Source: Marsupella aquatica
Taxonomy: Eukaryota > Plantae > Marchantiophyta
NCBI GenBank assembly: GCA_973895155.1
Contig: OZ316894.1
Span: forward strand, 8,642,234-8,706,233
Direction of reading: 5' to 3'
Length of the DNA stretch: 64,000 bases
In this document: one piece after another, positions 38,801 through 52,800 of the stretch
Layout: every line of letters begins with the position of its first letter
Position numbering within the stretch: the stretch's first letter is position 1
The notes under the pieces: generated by a model
What the model was told of the DNA's origin: nothing
Database searches by the model: none
What the model saw: the letters and a program-made list of their open reading frames with translations, nothing else
Made by a program: the position numbers and the translations under genes

Positions 38801-41800
38801 AAGAAGAGTAGTAGAATGGCACTCGCCATCAAGAATCCGCATTGTAGCGGACACAAGCCACATTTGTGACATGGGCCTAACAAGCTTTGGGGGCGCAATT
38901 ACACCTAACACATGTTGTGGCCATGGTAGTCCTTCCTCAAGAGCCTTGGCATGGACAGGACACCAGCAGATGTTCGTAATCTGTGACCAGAAGTGGATCT
39001 CTGACTCCTCATAGTTGCTGTCTTGAGCCAAAGGACGACTTTCCACCTGAATTCCCTGTGCTAGACCGAAGGTCAAAGTCGTTGGTGACGCATTGGGCAA
39101 GTCTTTTTCGGTCTCTGTAACCTTTGAACTCTCCTGCCGAGCTGTGTCTAACGATTGTCCGACATTAGCTGAGAGAACATTATGGTCAGTGCTAGAAGGC
39201 TCTGAGGTCAACTCCAGATCATTGAGATGAGCCAATAGAGCTTTTCCTCGTCGAACTGCTTCATCCTGATTTGACTCGCTTATCATGGCAACTGATCGTG
39301 CACTATCCAGCAGCCCTTTTCGCCCCAGGGACCTCCTAAGGCCCAGTTGTACTAAGATATCTAAGATCTCAGCTGTTGCAAATTCATGTGAGGGGAAATA
39401 GACCTGCTTGTTCAGCAGCGTCTGCAGCTCAGGTACTCGAGGATCATACAACCTGCAATAAAATAAATGAATTTGCTATGATTGCTCGAAAATCGGCTTA
39501 AATTTCTAAATCTCTCTCTCTTCTGACTTTCAATGTCAACTTGAGTACGTGATCTACTTTCAATTTCATCCCACAAAAATACTGTACGAGTATCTTCAAG
39601 ACATGACTAGCTTCAGTTGTGGTTGACCAAGGGCTAATTTGCACCTCCTGGGGGCAAAGAAAATATTGGTGCGACAAGTCTACCGACTCCAGTGGGCGAC
39701 CCTTTACAGCACAGAGATACACTCAACAACACAACGTGGACATTATTGATGGAAGCATAAACATTCAATTAGCTTGCATTGAAAGCTTGTGTGGCTGCAA
39801 TACCTCTCAGGAGCTTCAGCAACACCTCCTTCGGTTGAGACAAATGGTAATTGGGAAAGCTCGGCACTTATCAACAGATCTTCCCCTATCAGGTTAGGTA
39901 GATCACGTAGCACCGTTAACATTGCACGCACTCGGACCTCGGGGCTAAGCCTTGAAATGTTACTGAAAACATGGTCTTGGTAGAACAATGATCTGACAAT
40001 CTTGCTAATACCAAGAAACTTCATTAACACCTCCTCCTCCTTCAGTGATTCAGCCCGGACAAAATTCTCACCAAGCAATGCTTCATCAATGCCATCAGGA
40101 GCAAACCACCTCTTGGATTCTGGTAAGTCCACAAACCTGCGCCTACCGTTTGACTGAGTACCATAGGACTCAAAAACAGGCAATGCACGTAAGATTTGAA
40201 TCTGTAATACACCCATTGCACCAGATGCAAACCACTTCGACTGACACAGGAAGCTTCGTAATTCTCGCAACTCGCCATCAGAGGAATTTCGGAACAAGGG
40301 AGCGAGAGCACGAAGGTTTCCTCCAGCTGCCGCTAATAAGGCATGTAAGACCCCTTTGGCAGTAGCATCTTGAACATACTCTCCTAACCTTGGATGCTTT
40401 AGGGATATGTCATTCCTCAGCAGGTAACAATTAGCTTTTTGAAAAACACCAGCCATGTTCTCACTCCAGCCAGCATCCCTGAGAACTCTGGAGTTTCTAA
40501 CTGTCAGTCTCAGCAGCTGACCATCAGAAGTGGGTAGCAAGGGCCACTCTGAAAACGGTGACAAGTCCTCACAAGATGCATTTAGGAATCTCCACAGCAA
40601 TTCCATCCAGCCTAAAGTTGGCTGTCTTTCCAGACCAGGAGTCCAAACGACTTGATCTTTGCCACGCCATTCTGGGGGAACAAGCCTGGGCAACATCTCC
40701 TCGAGAATGGGGCCCGTCAGAACAGAGAGATTCGTGAGTCCACGCTGGGCTACCTTTTGTAGCTTGCTAAGAACGTCACCATCCATTACAGGATCTACAA
40801 GCATGTATGCCATTGCATCATGCAAAAGATCATATTCCTCTCCAATAGCCAAAAGTATTTTCTCTCCGGATCCTGCCCGGGCAAATGCTCCCAGTGCCCC
40901 ATTGGCAAGAGGAAGAAGTGAAAGCCCAAGCAACTTATCTGCTTCCTCCTTAGGCTCCACGTCACTCAAACAATATTTCAAGGCCAAGACTAGAACTTCC
41001 TTGCTACCAAGACTTCTTGGTCTTCCCACCACCAGTGATCTTCGCAATAAATGAGGAGTGAGATATTTTAGAGACGGGCAGAACTCTTGAAATTTTGCCA
41101 CTACCGTGTTAGGTGCATCAACAAGAGGAAGCCCTGCTTCCGCCAGAGCCTTGCCAAGTTCCTTTGATTCCTTGAACTTGTTATCAGGAAATACAGCCCG
41201 TTTGGCTGAAACCCACTTCCCTCGGCCTACTGCTGTGTGTAGTACCAGAAGATCAAGCTCAACTACAGCTAAGTATAAGCGTCGCAAAAGAGAGCTCCAA
41301 GGCTCCCCATTAGAATGAGTGGGCCACAGATTGTAGAACTGTTCAACAGGTCCCAACTCTTGAGCTGCATGAGCCAGAAGTCGTGCATATGCTGGGGCAG
41401 CAACATCTTCAAGAAGGCAGCTATTCCAATTAGACCTTAATCTTCCTCCCCCGGACATATCGTCTCCATACCATATGTCTCGCCGGTTGGATGATAGCTC
41501 GAAATATCCGTTCACATGCACAGGGAGACCAGTCTTCACAGGCAAGGGTAGGAAGCAGAATGCACGGCCTTCAAGGGAAGGGGGACCACCTTTCACCACT
41601 TCTAAGCCACTCTCTGCTCTTACGTTCGACGCCCCAACATCAACAAGGTCTTCGGCAACCCCTGCTGCTTGCTCGCGTGACTGAAGACGCGCTGCAATAC
41701 CTGACCAAGGAACAAATCCGCGAGCTCGGTTTTCTGGTGCAACAGCCTGCTCTCTTGCATGACCACCTCCAATTGCATTGCTAATTATCCAAGCCTCTGA

Positions 41801-44800
41801 CTTCTCCTTGTTAGCAATATTGACAGATATCTCTACCTTACCGCAATGCCATGGTAGCTGCGCTTCAGGAGTTCTTTGTAGCTTTCCATAAAATTGCTCC
41901 TTATCAATAGGATTACGAGGATCCCCGCGCACAAATTCATATACTTGTTTGTGAGCAACGTCGCGTTTCTCAATTGACTCAGTTGCCCGTCTCTCTAGAC
42001 GATACAGCTGCTGCATCTCCTGATCTAAATCCCCTCTCACGTAAACTGTAATGCTTGTCACATTACGCAAAAACAGTAATGACTCAGTAGCACTGCTTTG
42101 AAAGGATGAAAATAATGATAAGACATCCTCAGGGCTGTAAACCTCTTGTTTGATTTCACTGCTTGCAGCTGTTGTAGTGTTCCGAAGAGGAAAGCGGAAT
42201 AGGGTTCCTGGAAAAGGCTTCTGTAAGTCACAACCAAAAAGCAGGTAAGGACGAAATTGATCTGGAAACTGCTCCAATAGACCCCTTCCAACGAAACTTA
42301 TCTTCAGACCCGGATGAGAAGGCGTGATCCCTGGAAGATTTGAGGCGTGAGGATCAAACATGACAAGATTTCCACCTGATATGAATCCGGGGATATCTGT
42401 AAAATGGTAGACAGAGTTGAAACCGAGACCGAACCGTCCAATGGCTGATGGCTTTTCAAGTTTACTGTCCTGTCCAATGCGTGAGATAGCATATAGATCG
42501 CGTGCTGTAAAAACAGAATTGTTCAGGCAATATAACGCTGCTCCTTGCCAATCTGCCATGCGTGGTGAGAGGACGGACGAAGTCCCATATTGAGTTTTAT
42601 CAAGAAGAAAGCAAACCTCTGAAGCACCTGCATCATCTGCATTTTGTACTAATTCACATAGAATTCCAGGCCCATCCGCATACATTTCCACAATATGCTT
42701 TAGCCTTGTTGTCAGTGCCTCGTGTTGTCCAAATGCTTCTGCTGCCTCATGAAGACCCAAATCCATGGTGTCAGCACTTTCTGCCAAGAGCAACCTTCGG
42801 AGTGAGCGAACCCCCAGCCTCTCTGCAACATCACTGGATATCTTTGCATGGACAAACCTTGGACCTTTAAGGTTACTCTGTCCTATTGATGGCACATTTT
42901 CTGAGTTCGACAACCAAGGAGCATCGTTGTACACAAGTTCAGATGCAGGCACGAGAATAGAACTGGCATCTGGCACAAATGGCGAAAGCTGCAAATGCAA
43001 ATCAGCCAGATGTTGAACCAACCAAATGGCTGCACTCAGTTGCCGGTTATCTAGAGGTGCACCAGACATGTCCTTCGCCATATTTGCAAGGACTAGAGCA
43101 AATTCTGTTGGAGTTAAAGTTTCACGTACACCAAGTTCCAGTAGCAGGTCTTTGAACACAGCAAGATCTGCAGGGATGACACGTAAATATGGTGCCAGAT
43201 GAAGAGGCCCACTAAAGGCAACCTCTTGTACACTAGCAAAACCATCTCCTACCCAGACCCATCGACAACCTTCTAATACTGCTTTGACAACTTCCATTTC
43301 CTCAGTACCCAGCATTTTGTTTAGTGAAGTGTATATGCGAGGCACAGCAGTTGCTAGAGCTTGACCAAGGCCCCTGTCTTCAACCAAAACGTGATTCTTT
43401 CCCAACTCCAGCAATTGGGCGGCCAAAACACTTCCACCAAGACCTGAAGCCCACCCAAGCTTCAAACAGAGCGCAGATGACCTACATTCTCCATCCAATA
43501 TTCTCATGCTAGCCGAAGCTAGCCACATGTCTGACTGCAGACGTACTAACTTGGGCGGAGCAACAGGACTCCCCACAGATGGCCAGGGAAGATGCAGATC
43601 AGGAGGATGCATGAGTACAGGACACCAGCATATTGTCGACAATTCAATCCAGAATTGACTTAAAGCTGCATCTGATAAAGAATAGTTCTCAGAGTTTTGA
43701 AAACTGCTTGAAACTTTTGAGAAAATTCGTCCGAAGGCCTTTCCAGCATCATCCTCACTTAGTGGTAACCACTTATTGGCATTTAGCTCTAAGTAGGCCA
43801 GGAGTGCACGCCCCCTCCCCCATGCATTTTGAGGATCACTGCTGATAAGAGCTTCAACTTGCCTTGCACTCTGAATAACTGTTTCAGGTGTCACACCTGT
43901 TCTCAACCCTAGACCCTGAAGCATGTCCAATATCTCTGGGGTAGCGAATTCCCCAACTGGAAATGAATCCCTATCGTCAAGAAGAGCGCTGAGTTCCGTG
44001 TTACGAGGATCATACAAACTCCTTGGCATCCTCAGGCTACCAGAAGCATTGGGAACAAACGCCAGCTGCTTAAGCATCTCCTTAATTGATGGATCTGCAG
44101 CACTTAATTGTGGGAGCTCTTGCAAGACAGATATCAGCATGCGGTTCCGAAGGTCAGGTGGAAGTTCACTTACCCGTCCCAAAACTCGCCATTTATAGAA
44201 CGCTGGTCTACCTAGCCGTCTAATGCCAAGCATTCTTGTAAGGACTTCGGCTTCTCTCTCTGAGCTTGAACACAAGAACTCTGGTCCAAGCAAGGATTTG
44301 TCCATGTCAACGGGAGCTAAGAACCGCTTAGGGCCGCTCAGATCTACAAAGAGCATCTCTGAGCTTCCTAGACCATCATACGCCTCGAAGATGGGTAGGG
44401 ATTTAAAGACACGAAAATTGGTTTCAGTCATTAGGTCCCCAATGTACCACTTGGGAGCATACAAGAATTCGCGTAGTTCACGTCGTTCTGCAGGTGTGAC
44501 AGAGTCGAACAATGCAGTAATATGTGGGAAATTATTAAGCACTGCAGCAAAAATTCCATTTAGAACACCTGGGCCAGTAGCTTCATGGACATAGGAGGAC
44601 AGCTGTGGATGCTCAACTCCCAGATCTGTGCGCAAAAATTGGCAAGCCAGTTTCAAGAGAAGGCTTTCCATGTTGCTGCTCCAAACGCCACCCCTGATCA
44701 CTCTTGACACCGTTACAGGTCTCATAAGCAGCCCTCGTGTAGTAGGAAGCAGGGGCCACTCTTCAAAAATGGAAAGATTTTTGCAAGACTTTTGAAGATA

Positions 44801-47768
44801 CTTCCAGAAAAGAATAAACCATTCTTGCTTTGGATGACTTGCAAACACGTCTGGCCTCCACTCAACTTTATCCTTCCCTTTCCACTCAGGGGGCATCAGG
44901 TAGGGCAATATCTCAACCAGTAAAACGTCTAGAACAGGGCACAGATTCGTGCTAGAGAGCTGAGCGATGCTCTCAAGTCTTTCAAGAAGTCTCCCTGGGA
45001 TACCCCTGTCAACAATCTTGCTGGGTATGCCTTCCAATAATTTATATTCGAGCTCACCGCCAAAAAATATGTTCTCCTTGCCTCTTCTTCCAAATACACC
45101 CCATCCACCATCAGCTAAGGGGATGAGTGGTAGTCCCACAAGAACAGTGGCCGCTTCTTCGTCAATGACATCTCCAAGACAATATTCCAAGACTACTAGC
45201 GCAGAATTCCTATCCAAGAGCCCCCCATGCCTACCGGCCTTGCAAAACTGTGCCCTCATACCACTTGGTATGACCATTTTGGGAGAACGAACACAGAAGC
45301 TGAAAATCATGCGTCTCAATGAATCCGAAACACGAACTAATGGCAATCCTTCTTTGACCAGAGCCAAAGCAAGACTCTCAGCACCTGAAAACTCTTCATC
45401 GTGATATAAGGCCTGACCAGGTGTCAACCACTTTCCACCTTGTGCAAGTGTGTGGAGGACTGGAAGATCAACTAGAGAACTGTAAAGACGCTTGACCAAA
45501 GTTAGCCAAGGCTCAGAAAAGTTTCCAGAAGGCCATAAGGACTGATAAAGAGGGCCAGGACCAAGACGCCTTGAAGCTTCGAGTAGTAATTGCCCATAGG
45601 CAGAAACCACAACATCTTCCAAAAGACATACATTCCAATCAGAACGCAGTTTACCGCCTCTATCCATATCTTGCCCGTACCAAATATCACGTCGATTGGA
45701 CGAAAGTTCAAAGTAGCCATTCACGTGGACAGGTAATGCTGTCTTTGCAGGTAATGGAAGGAAACAGAACGCACGACCCTCCGTGATAGTCGTTTCCTGT
45801 CTCTGTGGAACAAAGAAAGAAAACAAATACCAAAAAAATCAGCAAGATGATATTACGCACCCTAAAGCCTATCTATAATGTGAGGTGCTTCAAATTTTAT
45901 AACTCAACCAGATGGAACCGCTTCAAAAATTATTGGGGCGACATTGTACTGAAATTATAGCAAAAAGGTCGGTGATTATCTTCCAGATTTTCCCTCCACA
46001 CAAGACGAAGAAAATTGCAAATGAAACTGAAGAATTGTTCACCACAGATCAAGAAAAGCAATTGCATCAACCTCGCGTCCATCATTTGAAATATTTGCTG
46101 CAATCGAGGCCCACGGAACCAAGTGGAGGTCGTAATCTTTTGCAGCATTCCGTGCAAGAGCTCCAATTCTACTTCCTGATGCCCCCATACATTGTGCAAT
46201 TAAAAAGGATTCATGTCGTCGACCTCCTTCATGTGCTCCGGCAAAAGCTTCACTGACGAAGTCCAAGCTGAAGACATCATGGCTTGGAACTTGAGTAATA
46301 CTCCTCTTTGGTCCAATCTGTGCGATGGACAGCCTTGCAAATGCTTGTCGGTGCCAGCGGATCTCTGCTGACACTGATTTCACTTGACATGAGTAAACTT
46401 TACTTGGACTGTCTGCACCAACCTGCCAATCGTAGATGTATATCACCTCAATATTCTTGAGAAATAGCATGGCTGAAACAGCTTCTTCGTATAGTTCATA
46501 CAGCAAGGAACTCATGTCATCCTCTGAATACGACTGCCTGGAGAGTTTGCTGTCCGCTGCCTGTTGCGGACTTCTCAGTGGAAACCGAAACAAAGTTCCA
46601 TTGTACTCCTTCTCCATGTCGCAACCGAAAGCACAATAAGGACTGAATTGGTCCTTATGTCGCTGTAAAGCTAGGGAGCTCACAAAGTCTATCCTCTTTC
46701 CTGGATTCGCTGACGAAACTCTCGGTAGGTACTTGCAGTGCGGATCGAAGAGAACAACATACCTCCCGCTGACAAATGAGGGTAGGTCTGATAGATGGTA
46801 TACTGAATTGAAGCCAACCCTGCAATGAACAGCCTTTGTTAACAAACTTTCTTATTATACGTGACATTTAAAGCCGATCTAGAAGGCGTGTGAAAACCTT
46901 GACGCGTCTAAAGCTCCAACATGGAAAACTTTCAGCAGACACTTTTTATCATCTCACTGTGGGAGTAAAATTGTTTGAAAGCGCGTCTCCAATCTCATCC
47001 TCCAATTACGAAAAGAGGTGAGCTGAGAGAGCTGACTCGTAAAAAACATTATGAGATCGATGGCATCTCAAGAGATATTTACAAAATTCCTTCTCGCTTG
47101 CACTCATTCGCAGCTTCAAGAGAACTTAAATTGTCACCAGGTGCATTGCAGGCATTGTCTGAGTGAACCTATTAACGACAATGAATGATGACTGGGTTCA
47201 CATTTGTTAAGTTCAACAATATGCACTTCTCCCGCGACGTGAGAAGATAAGTCGCCGTGTGCTTCATCCCAGCTTGCTTATGCGCTAGGTCTACCACCCC
47301 ATTCCCCACCAAGCAGAAGGCAAACGCAGTAACTACTGTAGAGAGTGGATAAACTTGAAGAAGATGAAGGGATTTTCAGATAGATGGTTGCTGCATTGAG
47401 ACTCACCCAAAGCGCCCAGTCTTCCATGCTTGACTGCGCTTTTTGCTGTCTCCAATTCTCGATATACTCTCAAAATCCTCTTCCGTAAATTGGGCGTTAT
47501 TATGCACCAGTAAGGCCGGCCCCTGCCACTCCCCGAGTGGACCGTAAACCAGAGACTCCACCCCATGCCGCCGACGATCCAAACAGAAGCAGACTTTAGA
47601 AGCTCCGGCATCATCTGCATTTTGAATTAGCTCCTTCAGAATCGTAGTGCCTTCTGGATAATTAGCAAGAACCTCTCTAATGCGCTGAGTTAGGTCCACT
47701 TTCTGCCCAAAATCCTCCACAAAAGTCAAAGCAGGCGGCTGCTGCTCCATCGAGAGGATATCGCTCAT
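29868..47768 (-). CDS. SACS: Sacsin-like giant protein with three sacsin repeat regions (Hsp90-like HATPase folds) and C-terminal C3HC4 RING finger, ~4852 aa
   Basis: 13 exons: 47768-47407, 46819-46072, 45802-39804, 39452-37873, 37711-37427, 37147-36906, 36680-36409, 36226-33142, 32895-32763, 32496-31973, 31820-30870, 30612-30433, 30065-29868. All GT-AG, summing to 14559 nt in frame. Motifs FGQxxxLTxR..ELIQNADDAGA, GRFGxGFNSVYH and GRAFCFLPLP..LPVHVNGYFELSSNRRDIW each occur twice. Terminal CRVC..VPCGHVLCQRC..CPFCR. The symbol denotes homology only. Confidence 0.96.
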
Positions 47769-49179
47769 CGTGTGTGCGACTTTCAGCTTCTCCCATTCTC
47801 CTTCACCTTTCTACCCTCAAATCCTCTGTTCCTATTCCCATCCCATTCCTTCATTCTCAGGTTACATGATCTGACATGGAGGCGCTCCACTGTTCTCCTC
47901 CGTTACTCTCATATCTCTACAACTAGAAGATTCGCACCACATCCTCCTTCATCTAGAACAATCCAAATGATTCAATTTACTAGCAACACTTCAGAATCCA
48001 GTACACCACTACATTCCCAGCCCAAATCTTTACCACTCCCTGCTCTCGAATGCTGCTTCACTTCTTGACAAAGCAGCACACCGCACCTGCAGTCGTCGTC
48101 ACCTGCAGAAGCACAGACAGATCGACAGACCTATCCACATCATTCAACCACGAGCTGACTGCAACGCTCCTGCGGAAATCCACCGCATCGACAAAATCTC
48201 AGATGACATCAATCACTTTGACGAGGAAGAGATCTGCCTTCCGAGCCGATGCCAGTGGAGTCGATTCGTCTCTGCTCTCTTCCTCTGTCTTTCAATTGTT
48301 TGCTTGCTTTTCTCCACCTCCTCTGCCTCTGGTGCTCTCGTGCTCTCGTGCTCTCGTGCTGGACCAGCCACTGCAGGCCCTCGAAATATGGAGTGAGCAC
48401 TTCCAATACTGAGAAGTTCGTAATCAGTAGAAAGTTCACATAATTTCAGTGGCGTCTGCTAAAGTACTGGTCACTGGGAAACAATGGCCAGAATCAACTA
48501 CCTCCTCAACTTTGGTCTCAAATAATAGTGGAGGTCCAATTCCGCATGATATCATTGTTTTGTAGAGTGGCTCGCAAGTTAAGCCTTCCTGTAGCTTTCA
48601 AAGGGGCTCACCAAATACGACTTTTGGTTAGTGTACCTACACATTTGACTGGGTAATGTTCTATTCACGAAAGCAAGCCAGGAAGGACCTCGAAGTTGTC
48701 CTGTGTAAAGTCATCGGCCAGTTTACACTAGAGACCTGATGTGCTTTGGATGGAATTTTGGGACGTTTCTCTTTTGTGAGGGACTCCTGGAGTAGATTTT
48801 TTGGGGCGCCTCGATCAACTATAAACTGTTGGGTTTTTGCAAACTTGTCTCCTTATTTAGATAACTTTTGTATCTTTGTTTACCCCCATGGGAAGCTCCT
48901 TCCAAAATCACATGTTGTCACATCAGCACTATTGGTTACAAACAATAAGAGCTTGTTATACAAGAAATGTCAAACAAGACTAGGTGTATTTGCGACAAGT
49001 AAAAATAAAATAGTTAGACCTTGTAACTGTACAAACAATGGAAAACTGAAAAGTAACTTTTCAAATAAACAAAGAAATGAGTGAAAAAGAAAATAACCTT
49101 TGGATGAATTATGATTGATATATCAGTGTTTTCCAGTAGATTGTGTGAATTTTCTACTTAGTCAACAATTTTTGGAATA

Positions 49180-49550
49180 ACCATGGGTAGAAAGAAACTC
49201 TTCAACTTGTGTAACATTTACCAAAGCAACATCAAAAACCCTTTGGCTAAGTACTATGGACAAAAGCACATCAAAGTAACATAATAAACCCTTCAACTAC
49301 TATGGGTAAAAGAATACCAAAAGAATGTAAGAAACCCTTCGGCTTCTATAACACATTTTGCATGGCCTCTATGGACATAGGAGTACCAAGGGAACGTTGT
49401 GCATGGACTACTACCATGAAAAATCTACTCTCTCTTTTCCCTCGTCCCCAGATTCAAAGCTACTCCAGTATGCAATTCTTCATGTGCTCTAATTTAGTTG
49501 TTGAATAACATCAACTTAAATAACCAAGGGGTCCTCGAACTAATTAAGCT
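49180..49550 (-). repeat. Dispersed AT-rich repeat family, copy B
   Basis: Reverse-complement match to 10888-10919. Internal tactatgga / caactactatgg / ctactaccatg motifs mirror the ccatagtag motifs of copy A. Confidence 0.6.
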
Positions 49551-50549
49551 CATATTTTTTCCACATGTTTTGTGATGTCATTCTATTGGCTGACAGGGTT
49601 TGAAACTTTTCCCAAATAATTTGCTCCCTTTTCCAAAAGCAAAAAGATGATCACATATTATAAATCAATTGGAAATGGACACTTCACTTTTTGAAAGTCA
49701 CCTTTAGTACACTAGTGTATGGCATGAGCAACTACTTACCACCAGGTAAAGTAACTTAAACAGTGTGCAAACAGTGAGAAAGGTGTTAGCAGACTCTTAA
49801 TAGGACATGCTGCAAAGTCCATCCCAGCTTCAGAGCCAACCCACCAATCCATCCAAGTTTATGTCACACCCCATGTTTTTAATCCAGGTTCGTTCTCTAT
49901 TTAGAAATCCATCAAAGTCACTCCTCCCTTTCTTCAGTCCATTACTAGGAGGAGGAGTCATAGATGCTTCAAAACTCATACTTTGTATGTAGGTTCAAAC
50001 CTGGTAACAAGGCATTGTGGTCCCATAATGCAGTCTTAACAGGGTGGTAATACACTTAAAAGGCATCAGAGATATTTTAGTTTTCTTGTTCCTAGCATTT
50101 TTCGCCATAAAAGCACCCATAACTACAAAGAGAAAACTTAGGAAGGCCATTAAAATGTTGTGAGCAACCATCCCATGCCATCAACTGTCATACAACAGGA
50201 TGGTATGGTAATTTATCTCGGGGAGAGCGTACCTGATTTTTCGGCTATGGTTGATTTGGTTTTAAAATTCTGCGGTGCATATCTGCTCAAGTGTAGGTGT
50301 ACCTTGCGTGGGAAGTCTAAGGGGTAGCGGAAAGTTGTGAGATCGTCATTCTTCATTTATTGTGAAGAATGAGGTCCTCGACGTGGCTTGATCTGCGCTG
50401 CTAGTTTGGGCTTTAGATTGTTGAATGATGTGTTCATTCGTCATTGAGAGGTGTGTTGCATGTTGAACTAGTGCTTCGCAAATAGATGCTTTTATTTTAC
50501 CAACGCTCTGTTATTGCCAAGGTTTCGAATTCGGTCCTAGTTGCTGATG

Positions 50550-51430
50550 GTAACTCTGCAAATGAAGCTACTAATAACCTTGAACTGCCTGATGCAGATC
50601 GTCATGACACTAACCGTATGACCCATTCTCACTGGTAAGTGGCGAGACGCCGAACGGCAGAGATCCGAGAGTCGAAGCAGGTCACGAGCAAGCCAAGAAA
50701 GAGATAGAAAGAACCCACTCCAGCATAGTTGGGGTACTTGATCCAGAAGAGTCGAGGAGGTCACACAAGCAGAAACAAATAATGTTCCTGTTTTCCACAC
50801 AGATCGCGTTGAAAGTTTTTATTAATCGGCTAAAATACGTACCGCTGACTTTTTCGAGCATGATTGGCTTCGTGTATTCGACGTTGGCGTACAAGTAAGT
50901 ATTGCACTCTCGAAGCATTCCTTTGAGGTAATCCCAGTGCTCGCTAACAATAGTTGCACCCATGGAAATAATTCCAGCCAAGAGATCGAGCTCGGTTGGC
51001 CACTGACGATATGGCTAAAAGAAATTTAATCATTTATCGTCTTAGGTGGGAGGAAAGGAAAATTATAGAATTGCGGCAAGGATGCTTAAGACTAAGTTTA
51101 CTCTCGTGGAATCTGACTGTGATGCCAACGACATTGAATGTAGACTACTAAACATATCGACATACTGAAGACAGATCTCAAAAATTCTCCAAAACAATGT
51201 AGGCTTGGGCCCTAAATCTCGCAAGCTTGCGCTAACTAGTATGGCCACCCACCGCAGTAAGGTAGCTTAAATTCTGCACTTCAATCATTACGTCGGTATG
51301 CTTGGTCCTTGTTCCAAGGTCCTTATACAGGTCGAGCCAAGAGTGAGTCGTATTTGATCGTCGACTCACCAAATGTATCTTCGAAAGCTCGAAGTCGTAG
51401 CAAAGACTCGCATGCTCTGTACTTCTCCAT
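50550..51430 (-). pseudogene. Probable decayed BTB/POZ(-BACK) domain gene
   Basis: Minus-strand pieces in order: LYKDLGTRTKHTDVMIEVQN (BTB start, sDv.i.v), AILVSAS (h..vLa..S box, other frame), FEICLQYV (f..ll.yiY), then HWDYLKGMLRECNTYLYANV...TYFSRL (BACK-like C..yL..n). Frameshifts and stops throughout. Pattern recognition only. Confidence 0.4.
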
Positions 51431-52800
51431 AGCCTAACAGATCAGCTCATTACAGAATAAACGATGCGGAAATTGCAGGGCTCCTAGCCTTTCAATGTAC
51501 AAGCGAGAGCAAAGGTTGGACCAAGCTTAAGTTAAGGAAAGTTAACGTCTTGGTCAAGCCTTAAAGCCATCCATGGATCACAAGAAGACCCTGACAGGCT
51601 AGAGAAAGGCCAGAATTGTTATTTTCAAACTGAAAAGCTGAAAAAAGTATACAGTGCCCAAATCATTCCAACAAACTGCGCCGAGTTCTATGACACAAAA
51701 GATGCTCGGTTTTGTTTAGGTTACCCCGATGGAAATGCTGAATTACCAAGGAAGCTAATTGTCTGACTCTAAGAACAGCGATGGTAGAACTTAATTATAG
51801 TGTTTTAAATGAAATCACTGAAACCATTGTTTTTTGGTGGATAACCCTCCACTGACACCGAACATGGAGTTGTCCTTCAAAGAACCGTTGATGCAAAATG
51901 TTGGCAAATCCCAACAGACCAGCTGCACGTCTTCTTAGGACCTTCAATGTTGAAAATCAGGAATCATTTACGAGAAAATTTACGAGCGGGAGCTCCGTTC
52001 TCTGCGAATACTTCATTGGTATTAACCTGAAAGTCGAAAGGTTTCACTGTGGACAGGAGTGTTCAACACCATACAAGAAGTTTCCAAATGGCAGAACAAG
52101 GGAAGTTCTAGGAACATTGCCAGTAAGATTAGCTTGTGTCTGTATCGAACGTAAGCCAAATCATCATTTGACCTGATCAGGTCAACACCAGCCAATATTT
52201 CACACAGATAAGTCTTGACCTGATGTCGTTGATAGCAAGTGAGTGTATGATACATATTATGTAACACTAGGTACATTCTCATTCATGTGCACAGCAATAA
52301 GCTAAAACTGAGAAGAATTCCAGGGACCGTTGACGTTGATGAAAGACTCTTGTTAAAGGACGACCACTGTCAAGATTTCTTATGTCAGCAAATGCAATCC
52401 CTAGCTGGACCCCATCAGTCTCACACAGGGTTTAGTCCAGTATGCTTGCAAACTAGACATGGGTACCTTGAACTGCAGCTGATTCCGCTAAGGATGTTGG
52501 AACAGGAATCTTTCAAACACGGATAATTGGATTTGTGAGAACAAAACAATAGGAGCTGATGGGCTTAGAGCAGACAATTGCTGACCATGCGCTCACAAAC
52601 GTGCACCAGATGCTCCTATCCCCTTTTGAAACTGCCTACGACCTATGCGTCCCTATCTTCATTTCAATCCAGGCTCTTCACACAACTCCCAGGCGTCCAC
52701 TTCAATTAATCGACTGGAAAACCTGGCAATAGTTGTTTTTAGCTCAGTTATGTTTGTCTCCTATTGTACAACCCGTTATGCACCATTTTTCTCTTGATTC

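Noticed and set aside
33095-46256. Many plus-strand ORFs (60-154 aa) overlapping sacsin
   Set aside because: Antisense shadows of long coding exons with no independent motifs.
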